A stretch of DNA of 28,741 nucleotides, taken from Fibrobacteria bacterium (GTDB lineage: Bacteria; Fibrobacterota; Fibrobacteria; UBA11236). Within the stretch, counting starts at the first letter, position 1, and each line of letters begins with the position of its first letter. The position numbers and the translations under genes were made by a program. Below, one piece after another: positions 1 through 8,676 of the stretch. Location of the stretch: the NCBI GenBank assembly GCA_043732185.1, contig JAYTHY010000086.1:1-28741 (forward strand). The letters run 5' to 3'. The notes below the pieces were generated by a model. The model saw only the letters and a list, made by a program, of their open reading frames with translations, did no database searches and was not told the origin of the DNA.

Positions 1-1
1 C

Positions 2-1375
2 AAGAGCGGACGTTTGGAGGAATCGAAGGAAGCTTTTATCCGAGTTTTGGTAAAATACTTTCACGATTCACGGCTGCTATTGGAAGCCCACGAATTCCGG
101 GACAAGCTGGAAAAGAATACGGATTCCACCTTGAAGCGCGTGGTCATACCGGGCGTGGAAGCCCGAACCGAATACAAAAGTGCCTATTGCGTTCCAAACT
201 CATTGGGATTGATTCTCAACTTTTGGGGCGATCATCGAGGGGCAAAACGCATCGGCGCAGAAATTACCCAATTGGATAGGGGAAGCCTCATTACGGACGA
301 GGTTTTCTATTCGGAAATGCGTGGATTCACCAGTTTGGTTCTGCCCTTGCGGAATCTCGATGATATTTTTCGGCTCATAGACCATGGCATTCCGGTACTG
401 GCCTTTATCCCTGGTCATGTCATTGCCGTATTCGGATACGACCAAGTATTACAAACTTTGGTAACCTACGATGTCAATACATCGGATATTTGGAATGATG
501 AAAGATGGACCGTGTTCTCCCAGGACTGGGCGCATATGTACAATACCCTTGGCATCGTGGTGCCCAAGGAAAAGTTGCCGCTCCTCAAACAAATTCTTGG
601 CAATGATGCGGATGTTAAGAATGAAGCCTATTTACAATATCTTCTGGCACGCATGAATGAAGAAGACCAGGATAAAAAGGCCACACATTTAGGCAAGTCG
701 GCGGGGCATGGATTATTTTTCGCAGATTGGGAATATGAAATGCTGGTCGGTAAGCGCCCACTGCCCATTGTTCCAGATTCGGTGGTCAATAATTTTCTTT
801 TAACCCATGAGGTTTTCGAAAGCCAAATCATCGAATATTTACAAAGCCTGTATCAACGAGGCGACTACCTGCAAGCCATCCATTTTATAGAACGCTACCG
901 TAAGGAGAACCGGTTATCGACGGGCATGGCAACAATATTAGCCGGATGTTACAATCAGATGGGCGATGCCAATAAGGCTGGTGACATCATTCTCGGCTAT
1001 GTCAACTTGGACGATCAGGAAATGGTGACTTTGGAATTTCTTTTAAAACAGGATTATGTGCAAAGCGATGCCGAACTGGCGCGGCGTATCAGTCTCAAAT
1101 TACTGGATTCGGAAGATAAGATCCCCGGTTCCACTGCTTCTCTGGCTTTCTGGACCTGGCGGAAAAATACCGAGGTGGATTTCAGAAATATTGACGAATC
1201 CCTGACCGTGATGGAAGGCTATTTGGTAAAATGGAATCCGGACGATCACGCTGCGATAAAAGAATTACTGGAAACCTTCAAATTGAAAAAGTTCCGGGCT
1301 GACGACGAATTCAATCAGCGGAATTGGGAAAAGAAAATCCGCCTGTACCGAAATCGCCTGGCTGTCGTCCTGTGA
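2..1375 (+). CDS. Peptidase C39-like (papain-fold) domain protein with C-terminal TPR-like helical repeats, 5'-partial
   Basis: The frame is open from position 2, so the real start probably lies upstream of the window. Motifs YCVPNSLGLILNFWG (Cys), PGHVIAVFGYD (His) and VTYD (Asp) match the C39-like triad order. The C-terminal half has TPR-like helices (LYQRGDYLQAIHF, LAGCYNQMGDANKA). Confidence 0.7.
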   Translation, partial: KSGRLEESKEAFIRVLVKYFHDSRLLLEAHEFRDKLEKNTDSTLKRVVIPGVEARTEYKSAYCVPNSLGLILNFWGDHRGAKRIGAEITQLDRGSLITDEVFYSEMRGFTSLVLPLRNLDDIFRLIDHGIPVLAFIPGHVIAVFGYDQVLQTLVTYDVNTSDIWNDERWTVFSQDWAHMYNTLGIVVPKEKLPLLKQILGNDADVKNEAYLQYLLARMNEEDQDKKATHLGKSAGHGLFFADWEYEMLVGKRPLPIVPDSVVNNFLLTHEVFESQIIEYLQSLYQRGDYLQAIHFIERYRKENRLSTGMATILAGCYNQMGDANKAGDIILGYVNLDDQEMVTLEFLLKQDYVQSDAELARRISLKLLDSEDKIPGSTASLAFWTWRKNTEVDFRNIDESLTVMEGYLVKWNPDDHAAIKELLETFKLKKFRADDEFNQRNWEKKIRLYRNRLAVVL

Positions 1376-2025
1376 CATTTCGAAGCAGGTATTTTTTATG
1401 GTTTCCTTTTGCGGGACTTTGCCTCATTGGCTGTGGAGGCTCTGCGCCCCCACCGCCATCGGATAATCCGGTAGTTCGTCGTGAAGTGGAAAACGCATTC
1501 CTCCATTTTCGCCAAAGCATCCAGGCCAATCAAGCGGACTCATTGCCCGGATTTCTTGCCTTCGAATCTTTGGACTGGCTAGACGATATTCGACGGGCAT
1601 CCCGAAATGAACCGCTTGACTATTTGGAAAAGCGTCCCTTTTTTGAAATTCTAAGTATTCTAGGTTTGCGTATTGAACGGCGGTTGCATCCCGGTTTTGA
1701 TGAACGGCCCCCAGGCCTACTCAATAAGCTTATTCTCCAGGCCTACCCGGTGCGTAAAGCTATTTTAAAAGCAGATTTGGGTGAAGCGCACGTATTCGGA
1801 GACCGTGCCGAAATGGGGTTGCGAGAAGCCCCGAATGTGCCGGTCTTTCATTTTCTCCGACAGGACCATGTCTGGAAGTTTCATTTGGTTCGCACTTTAC
1901 CACTGATATTGCAAGGGGCGGAATCACTTGGGCGTCAACGTAAGCCAACCAAACTGTTACAAGCCGTGTTTATCCTGGAACAATTTGGAGGGCAGACTGT
2001 CCTTCCGGAGGATTTGCAAAGGTGA
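1372..2025 (+). CDS. Hypothetical lipoprotein
   Basis: GTG at 1372 overlaps the upstream stop (GTGA). It has a signal-like N-terminus with lipobox LIG-C followed by a GGSAPPPPS linker. This start is preferred over the ORF-track start at 1324. Confidence 0.65.
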   Translation: MTFRSRYFLWFPFAGLCLIGCGGSAPPPPSDNPVVRREVENAFLHFRQSIQANQADSLPGFLAFESLDWLDDIRRASRNEPLDYLEKRPFFEILSILGLRIERRLHPGFDERPPGLLNKLILQAYPVRKAILKADLGEAHVFGDRAEMGLREAPNVPVFHFLRQDHVWKFHLVRTLPLILQGAESLGRQRKPTKLLQAVFILEQFGGQTVLPEDLQR

Positions 2026-2104
2026 GAATGGATAGTTCCTTAGCGGGCTTGATTCCCATACTTATGAGGGGGTATACTTGGGGCGGAACAGCTATATTTT
2101 AGCC

Positions 2105-2440
2105 ATGAATGAACAAAACCTAAAATCAGAAAACGAGCATCAGCATGAGCATCAGCAAGGGCAAGAACAATTAAACGCAGAAACACCTCTACGTGGATCC
2201 TTTATCGATTTTGAAAAGGAAGACAAGGTCGATACCATTGGTTGGTATTTAGTGGTTTTCGGATTCATTACGCTTGGGTTGGCAGCTTTGTGTTTTTACT
2301 TGCGACGCATCAGTTATCGCGACTTTTCCCTTAATGGAAATGTCCTCGGCAATTATCTGCTGATGGTGGGAATTTGCCTTTATATCGGTGGACGCGGCAT
2401 AAAATATTATAAACGCTATAAGCGTAAAGCCATGGAATGA
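2105..2440 (+). CDS. Small membrane protein with two transmembrane segments and a His/Gln-rich N-terminus
   Basis: Two hydrophobic segments (WYLVVFGFITLGLAALCFYL; YLLMVGICLYIGG) and a basic tail. ATG 2105 is preceded by TATATT-N6. The stop abuts the ABC ATPase gene. Confidence 0.65.
   Translation: MNEQNLKSENEHQHEHQQGQEQLNAETPLRGSFIDFEKEDKVDTIGWYLVVFGFITLGLAALCFYLRRISYRDFSLNGNVLGNYLLMVGICLYIGGRGIKYYKRYKRKAME
2135..2158 (+). repeat. 12-bp in-frame tandem duplication GAGCATCAGCAT/GAGCATCAGCAA (EHQH-EHQQ)
   Basis: Seen directly in the sequence. Confidence 0.6.
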
Positions 2441-3355
2441 GTGGATATGATATATACTGAGGATCTCCGTAAAACCTACCGAATTGGTTTTTGGCGCAAG
2501 TCCGTCGCAGCGCTACAGGGCATTTCCCTGAAAGTTGAGGCGGGAGAACTTTACGGATTTATCGGACCAAACGGATCAGGCAAATCCACCACCATAAAAA
2601 TTTTGCTTGGATTGCTGAGCGCAGACGCGGGCAAGGCCATGTTGATGGGTAAGCCAGCCGGTACACCGAGTAGCCGTAACTTAGTGGGTTTTCTACCCGA
2701 ACACCCTTATTTCTATGACTACTTATCGGGCCGTGAGTTTCTGGATTTTTACGGTCGTCTTTCCGGCTTGCGATGGAAAGATTTGCGAAAGCGGGTTGGG
2801 GAAGTGAGTGATTTAGTCAGCATGCGGCCCGATGTGCTGAATCGTAAATTGCGTACCTATAGCAAAGGCATGCTACAACGTATTGGACTAGCCCAAGCTT
2901 TGCTTTCCAAACCCCGCTTAGTCATCCTGGACGAACCCATGTCCGGCCTCGATCCAATGGGCAGGCGCGATGTGCGCGCTATTCTGAAGGGTTTGCACGC
3001 CGATGGTGTTACCGTCTTTTACTCAACGCATGTTTTGAGCGACGTGGAAGCAACCTGCACGCGGCTTGCCATGATCGTGGGTGGCCAGATCCGACGCGAA
3101 GGGACGGTAGCGGAGGTCTTGTCCGGGGAGCAAGAAAGTTTTCAAGTGACACTTGTCGACTCCGTGTCGCCCGAACGATGGCCTGCCGGCCTCGGTTCAC
3201 CCCTGGACGCTCAGACACTCATCTGCCCAAATCCGGAATCCAAACGCGCCGCTTTGGAATGGGCAGCCGCGCAAAAATTAGTGGTGGATACAGTCACCCG
3301 CTCTCGTCACTCTTTGGAAGATGTATTGGCTGAGGAGGTCGCAAAAATACTATGA
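2441..3355 (+). CDS. ABC transporter ATP-binding protein (ABC-2/exporter type)
   Basis: Walker A GPNGSGKST, signature variant YSKGM, Walker B VILDEP and H-loop STH. The start could be GTG 2441 or ATG 2447. Confidence 0.95.
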   Translation: MDMIYTEDLRKTYRIGFWRKSVAALQGISLKVEAGELYGFIGPNGSGKSTTIKILLGLLSADAGKAMLMGKPAGTPSSRNLVGFLPEHPYFYDYLSGREFLDFYGRLSGLRWKDLRKRVGEVSDLVSMRPDVLNRKLRTYSKGMLQRIGLAQALLSKPRLVILDEPMSGLDPMGRRDVRAILKGLHADGVTVFYSTHVLSDVEATCTRLAMIVGGQIRREGTVAEVLSGEQESFQVTLVDSVSPERWPAGLGSPLDAQTLICPNPESKRAALEWAAAQKLVVDTVTRSRHSLEDVLAEEVAKIL

Positions 3356-4155
3356 GCCATATTTTAATCATCGCCTATAATGCATTTCGAGAAACCATTC
3401 GCGATAAAATTCTTTACAACTTGGTCTTTTTCACTTTAATGATGATAGCGTTTTCCTATTTGCTAGGGGAGTGGTCCGTATTTGCACGGGAAAATGTGAT
3501 TAAGGATTTTGCCCTGGCGGTAATGTCCTTAAGCGGTTTGATGATGTCTATTTTTGTCGGTATCGGTTTGATTCAAAAAGAAATTCAAAGAAAAACCATA
3601 TTGACCTTGTTGGCCAAACCGATTCATAGATGGAAATTCATTGTGGGAAAATATGTGGGATTGCTTTTGGTATTGGCGGTGAACCTGGCCATCATGACCT
3701 TGGTCTTTTTTCTGGTGTTACGCGCCATCGACTGCAAGCCCAATCCCTCCTTGCTTTTGGCAATTTACCTGGTGTATTTGGAAATGGCAGTTATTTTGGC
3801 GGTGGCACTGCTTTTTTCTGCATTCTCGACGCCCACCCTCAGCGCACTATTCACTTTGGGCGTTTATCTAGCCGGACATCTTGCAGGTGACATCCTTAAT
3901 CATTTGAACTTTATCCAAAAATACGGGGCCCGGCTACCGGGTACACCGGTGATTTCACCACTAACGGAAAAATTCATCCGAGGGGTTTACTATATCATTC
4001 CGAATCTTGAAAACTTCAATATACGCGGCCGCGTCGTGTATAACCTGCCTTTGGGCGAGCATTATGTCTTGTACACCACTTTCTATGGCCTGGCTTTTAT
4101 CGGAATGTACTTGTTAATCGCTAGCCTCTGGTTTAGTAAGCGCGATTTTATTTAG
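3352..4155 (+). CDS. ABC-2 type transporter permease
   Basis: About six TM segments, N-terminal IAYNAFRETIRDK, EIQRKTILTLLAKPIHR and C-terminal FSKRDF, all typical of ABC-2 permeases. ATGA overlap with the ATPase gene. Confidence 0.9.
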   Translation: MSHILIIAYNAFRETIRDKILYNLVFFTLMMIAFSYLLGEWSVFARENVIKDFALAVMSLSGLMMSIFVGIGLIQKEIQRKTILTLLAKPIHRWKFIVGKYVGLLLVLAVNLAIMTLVFFLVLRAIDCKPNPSLLLAIYLVYLEMAVILAVALLFSAFSTPTLSALFTLGVYLAGHLAGDILNHLNFIQKYGARLPGTPVISPLTEKFIRGVYYIIPNLENFNIRGRVVYNLPLGEHYVLYTTFYGLAFIGMYLLIASLWFSKRDFI

Positions 4156-4237
4156 TAGCCGCTTACAAAATAGGAGCAGGGAATGGCATTATTCTACTGC
4201 CCAATCCCAAATTTGATAGGATATTGATAGAACCCCT

Positions 4238-6652
4238 ATGAGTATTTGGCCATGGTATTTTATTAAAGCCAAGGATTTCCGTCTGTTACGGATGCTATTA
4301 CTACTTAGTCTGATTCCACGGTTGATTTACGCTTTCGTCATCCTGGACACCTCCGCCAATAATCCGGTATTTGGAGTGCAAGACTCCTTGCCCAGGCACA
4401 TGACACCAAGTGCGTCGTCAGAAATACCAAAATTACTGCAGGGAGAACCTACCACCGTTTTGCCCCATTATGGGACCGTGCTTTTTTTAAGCTCGGATTC
4501 TAAAATGATTTACGCCTATATCGGTGTATTAAAAGCATTGGAAGAATATGGTCTGGATGTTGACATAGTCGTGACGGAATCCAAAGCGGCTTTGGTTGGA
4601 GCTGCCTGGACACTGGGCTATCGGACGGAAATGATTGAAAAACTGTTGGTGGCTCAGCCCATTGAGGACTATTTGAAACCTTTTTCGAAAAAGGAAATGG
4701 AAGATGACAACCAGTATGTTACCGATGGTATTGCACCACGGCAATGGTCCATACCACTTAGCCTGCCGAGTTTGCAAACATCCGGTATCCAATGGGCAGA
4801 GATTGGAGAGGAGCAGCCCGGCGAATACCTACAGCTTTCTTGGCTAATTGCCAAACTCACTCATGATGCCCCAGACGGTCCAGTCGAAGATTTGCAAGCG
4901 ACACCCAGACCCTTGGCTTTTCAAGTCTCCAATTTAGGCGAAGACCAGGAGGAGGTCGTTACCAATGGCAGTCTTCAGAATTTGCTTAAGGGCGCGGCTT
5001 TACCTGAAAATGTTCTTCAGAAACGGAAGTCGCTTTGGCCATTCGCTTCAGGTTCCATCCGCTCAGGGCATCGTATCCTGGCCGATAAATTGCCTTTCAC
5101 TTTTGATAAGCTCATTCTCATTCATGCAGGCGCGCATCTTCTTCCTCCATTATTAGATGGGCATCCCCTTGCATGGGCAGATTCCGTTAGGATGAAGAGG
5201 TCGGACGCGGGAGACGATATTCTAACGCAAAGACCATGGAATGGGAAAGTGATCCAAATTGAAATGGAACCCAGCAAGGACTTTGCGGCACACGAATTGG
5301 ATGCCCACAAATGGGTGGATTTGGGATACGTGTCCACTTTACGTAACATGGATGTGCTTTTGCCTTCGCTTTCAAAAAAGTCGGTAAGTGTCCCTGCTCC
5401 AGGAGCTACGGTGCCGCCCATATTTCACACCAACCTGGCACTCAACCGCGTTTCCGTAAATCCTTTGGCTTCAGGTGGGCGACAACTTCTACTCGATCTC
5501 ATTCGTACTTCTGAAAAGGGCGAGAACGATAGCCTTGGGGATGGCCCGATCACGGAAATCTTGAAGTCAGGATTTTACACGGACTTGGATTTAGAATGGA
5601 CGCGGGCTGTAGGGGAAGAAATGGCAAGTATAGTGTTTGATGCCAAAGACAAATCCCAGTTCCGGTTTCAAGCGGGATGGAACGCCGCCGTGATACAGGC
5701 GGAAATCTCCGACCGCAGTCCCGAACTATACGGTGGACTCACTTGGGATGAGCCCTTTTACATTCCATTTCGTAGTGATATAAGCTTGCTCTTGGGAGGC
5801 CACCGCCCTGGGTATCAGGCTAAATTTTTGATTGCGCCTCTTTACCCATTGCGGCTTGACCTGGGCGTTGAGATGGTGCATTGGGAAATACAGTATCCTC
5901 ATCCGCCATCTGCTGGTTACCCTCTGAATCCCGTTTTGTTTGGCCTTAAACGAGACTTGGGAGAAGTCTTTCTCAAAATTTACCCAAGCCGGGGTACATA
6001 TTTGCGAACCTCCATTCAGAAACATGAAATGGTTCAACTCGACTTTTCCGAATCAGGCGAGGGCGAATACCTGTCCACGGATTTCGAGGAAACGGGTTTT
6101 ATAGGATTGGGCCAGACAAAAAAGGCCATAAAGCCACCCCATTCGCTTAGAATTCGTTACCGAAAATTAAATCGGATCAATCTTTTCGGTCCCATTAAGC
6201 ATACAACTTCAAATTTAGAGGTTCGGCTGCGTTTAAGCCTGGGTAATTTCAGGTTTTCAGACCAATATTATTGGTCAAACCAAAAACTCGATGGAGCTAC
6301 CATTTTTGATATGTTGGAGTCTGGACGCATCGATGCATTTACTTTTCAGGATGAATATTTTTTGGGAAGTCTACGCACGCCCAATTTTCAGGATGTCAAA
6401 CTTGAATACTGCCCCGTTTTCGGACAGGCGGGTATTCGGCTGATACTAGGGGGATATCGCCAGTATGGGTCCGCCAGTTTCTTTCCAGATCAAATCCGAA
6501 GACCCATCAGGTTCCACTGGGAAACGCAGGCTGGGTATGCCACACCCTTGGGATATCTACGCGCAGGCATGGGCGCGCGTGTTGGCGAGCTTCCCTTCTA
6601 TTATTTGAAACTGGGCGCAGACCTTGGCTTAGGATTTGGGGAAGTGGATTAA
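4238..6652 (+). CDS. Patatin-like domain / probable outer-membrane beta-barrel protein (PlpD-like architecture) with degenerate catalytic motifs
   Basis: VLFLSSDSKMIYAYIGVLKALEEYGLDVDIVVTESKAALVGA aligns by eye with the patatin N-terminus (LxLSGGGARGxAHIGVLKALEExGIxxDxIxGTSxGAxVG). It also has a POTRA-like segment (ILKSGFYTDL) and a C-terminal YATPLGYLRAGMG...FYYLKLG beta-signal-like end. Confidence 0.65.
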   Translation: MSIWPWYFIKAKDFRLLRMLLLLSLIPRLIYAFVILDTSANNPVFGVQDSLPRHMTPSASSEIPKLLQGEPTTVLPHYGTVLFLSSDSKMIYAYIGVLKALEEYGLDVDIVVTESKAALVGAAWTLGYRTEMIEKLLVAQPIEDYLKPFSKKEMEDDNQYVTDGIAPRQWSIPLSLPSLQTSGIQWAEIGEEQPGEYLQLSWLIAKLTHDAPDGPVEDLQATPRPLAFQVSNLGEDQEEVVTNGSLQNLLKGAALPENVLQKRKSLWPFASGSIRSGHRILADKLPFTFDKLILIHAGAHLLPPLLDGHPLAWADSVRMKRSDAGDDILTQRPWNGKVIQIEMEPSKDFAAHELDAHKWVDLGYVSTLRNMDVLLPSLSKKSVSVPAPGATVPPIFHTNLALNRVSVNPLASGGRQLLLDLIRTSEKGENDSLGDGPITEILKSGFYTDLDLEWTRAVGEEMASIVFDAKDKSQFRFQAGWNAAVIQAEISDRSPELYGGLTWDEPFYIPFRSDISLLLGGHRPGYQAKFLIAPLYPLRLDLGVEMVHWEIQYPHPPSAGYPLNPVLFGLKRDLGEVFLKIYPSRGTYLRTSIQKHEMVQLDFSESGEGEYLSTDFEETGFIGLGQTKKAIKPPHSLRIRYRKLNRINLFGPIKHTTSNLEVRLRLSLGNFRFSDQYYWSNQKLDGATIFDMLESGRIDAFTFQDEYFLGSLRTPNFQDVKLEYCPVFGQAGIRLILGGYRQYGSASFFPDQIRRPIRFHWETQAGYATPLGYLRAGMGARVGELPFYYLKLGADLGLGFGEVD

Positions 6653-6653
6653 C

Positions 6654-7592
6654 CTACCCGCCGATTTGGTTCATGGATTGGCCCACTGCTTCCAATCTGC
6701 CAGTAGGTTTCATTTGCATCACTTCGCGGAGAATTTCCGGATAATCAAGGAGAGGGCGATTGCGCAATTCGATGCCGGATTCGGAAAATAAGCAGGCGCG
6801 TAAATTGCCTTTAGCCGTCAAGCGTAATCGGGAACAGTTGCCACAAAAGGGTTTCGATTCGGAAGCGATAAATCCAATCCTGGCGCCTCGTGGAGTTTGA
6901 AATCCGAATGAGGTGGAATCGATGGAAGACTTAATGGGCGTCAATTCGACATCCTTCAATAATACTTGAATCATCTTGTCCGCTGATATGAATTGACCTG
7001 GATGGTGTTCAATCGCAGGCCCCACCTTCATCAGCTCTAAAAACCGAACTTCTACGCCATGTTCTTCGGCGAATAGAATGAAATTATATAATTCATGATC
7101 ATTGTAACCCTTAGCAATAACAGCATTCACTTTTACCGAGAAGCCCATTTCAGCAGCTTGGATGATGGCTGCCACCACCTTTTGAAAATGGGGGCGCCGC
7201 GTAATAGCGTTAAAATTGGCTGCTTCCAAACTATCCAGGCTGATATTGAGGCTATGGCAGCCGATATCTTTTAAAAAGGATAATTTGTCGGCGAGCAAGT
7301 AGCCATTGGTTGTGAGGCCAAATTTCCTCCATGGAATACCCGCCAATCCAGTCATTATCTCAGCAAATTCGGCTCTAACGGTGGGTTCACCGCCGGTTAC
7401 CCTGATTTCATCCACACCAAGATGATTGAGCGAGGTGCAAATTTGGACTATTTCCATGGGCGCAAGCAACTCGTGGGCAGGATAAAATCGAGTCCCTTCT
7501 GGCATGCAGTAAAAACATCGAAAATTGCAGGCATCCGTGAGCTGTACCCTTAGTTTATGAATATGGCGGCCATGGGTATCTTGCAAAAGCAT
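6654..7592 (-). CDS. moaA: GTP 3',8-cyclase (molybdenum cofactor biosynthesis protein A)
   Basis: Radical-SAM motif CNFRCFYC, RVTGGEP, a second cluster motif CGNCSRLRLTAKGNLRAC and the C-terminal MNQIGG di-glycine. Confidence 0.97.
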   Translation of the reverse strand: MLLQDTHGRHIHKLRVQLTDACNFRCFYCMPEGTRFYPAHELLAPMEIVQICTSLNHLGVDEIRVTGGEPTVRAEFAEIMTGLAGIPWRKFGLTTNGYLLADKLSFLKDIGCHSLNISLDSLEAANFNAITRRPHFQKVVAAIIQAAEMGFSVKVNAVIAKGYNDHELYNFILFAEEHGVEVRFLELMKVGPAIEHHPGQFISADKMIQVLLKDVELTPIKSSIDSTSFGFQTPRGARIGFIASESKPFCGNCSRLRLTAKGNLRACLFSESGIELRNRPLLDYPEILREVMQMKPTGRLEAVGQSMNQIGG

Positions 7593-7824
7593 ACTGCGAA
7601 TCTAGTTATTTCAGGAAATGGAACCTGGCAATCCTACCTAATAACCCCAGTAAAACGGCATTGGGTATTAAATGGGTAAGATACTTTCCCTGGCAAACCC
7701 AAACCCTAGGATGTTCCGAAAAAAAATGTTACTATATCGAGAACTATGTGAATTGGACGTTTTCGCTGGTAATCCGAACAAGGGATTGGCAGCGGTTTGA
7801 ATCAACCTCAAGCATTACAATTAT

Positions 7825-7845
7825 CATTTAGACTGGGTCTAAATG
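7825..7845. promoter_or_regulatory. Perfect 9-bp inverted repeat CATTTAGAC-TGG-GTCTAAATG (operator-like or leader hairpin)
   Basis: Seen directly in the divergent intergenic region between moaA and ORF7892, 46 nt before ATG 7892. Function is inferred. Confidence 0.45.
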
Positions 7846-7891
7846 CGAAGTAGGTTAACTATTTAATGATTTTTCTATCAGCGGGACATAT

Positions 7892-8644
7892 ATGCAAACA
7901 ACATTAACGAAAGAAAAGCCGGATTTGCTTTTCAACAATCCACTTAAACAAAAAGTTTACGTCTTCCTAAAAAACAATCCAGGTAAGACATTTGAATTGT
8001 TTCAGGTTTTGACTTCCGATCAGTCGGTTTCCCGGCAACATTTTACAGAAGTAGAACAAGCCATCCGCGCCCGAGAGGAGCGGAATCAGACGCGTGAAGT
8101 GCCTAAAGAATTGAATTCGCTTTTTCTAACCGGAAATCCGATTGAAAGATTCTCCGTTGCATCGGAAAAGAAACATTTACATCTATCCATAGAAAAGGAA
8201 TACCCCTTGAAAAAATTTGAAAAGAAGAAAATGAATGAGCGCGCCAAGCAGTTCATCACCGCGAATCCAGATTGCAGCTATACGGAGTTGGTTGAGAAAC
8301 TCGATTTCAATGACTTGTCCAAGCCCCATTTTTTTGCCATGAAAACCCAACTTCGCAAGAAGGGTTTAATAACTGGTGAGAGCCGAGTGCGTAGAGGCAG
8401 AAAACCCGGCGTGCGAATCGGTGTTCCGGCAAAATCCACTGGTTCCGTTATGCGCAGCAGCGGCAACACCAAGACCATTGAAATACTGGAATCTATCGAT
8501 GCAGCGGATTTTTCCGTTGAAATTCGCGAACACTATAAAACCCATGTTTTACCGCTCTTGCAGAGGTTGATTCCAAATGGACAACGCTTACAGCTTGTTA
8601 CGCTTTCGGATCCTCCCATGATCGAATTGCGGCGCGGCGTTTAG
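7892..8644 (+). CDS. Hypothetical basic protein, probable DNA-binding protein (two wHTH-like segments plus an AT-hook-like motif)
   Basis: KVYVFLKNNPGKTFELFQVL and RAKQFITANPDCSYTELVEKL resemble helices 1-2 of winged-HTH domains. RVRRGRKPG is AT-hook-like. Confidence 0.5.
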   Translation: MQTTLTKEKPDLLFNNPLKQKVYVFLKNNPGKTFELFQVLTSDQSVSRQHFTEVEQAIRAREERNQTREVPKELNSLFLTGNPIERFSVASEKKHLHLSIEKEYPLKKFEKKKMNERAKQFITANPDCSYTELVEKLDFNDLSKPHFFAMKTQLRKKGLITGESRVRRGRKPGVRIGVPAKSTGSVMRSSGNTKTIEILESIDAADFSVEIREHYKTHVLPLLQRLIPNGQRLQLVTLSDPPMIELRRGV

Positions 8645-8676
8645 TAAATGCACGGTTCCTCGGCATTTATTAGCCG

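Noticed and set aside
7593..7740. Moco riboswitch upstream of moaA
   Set aside because: I could not see the motif's conserved multi-stem features, and the gene looks leaderless. An Rfam scan would settle it.
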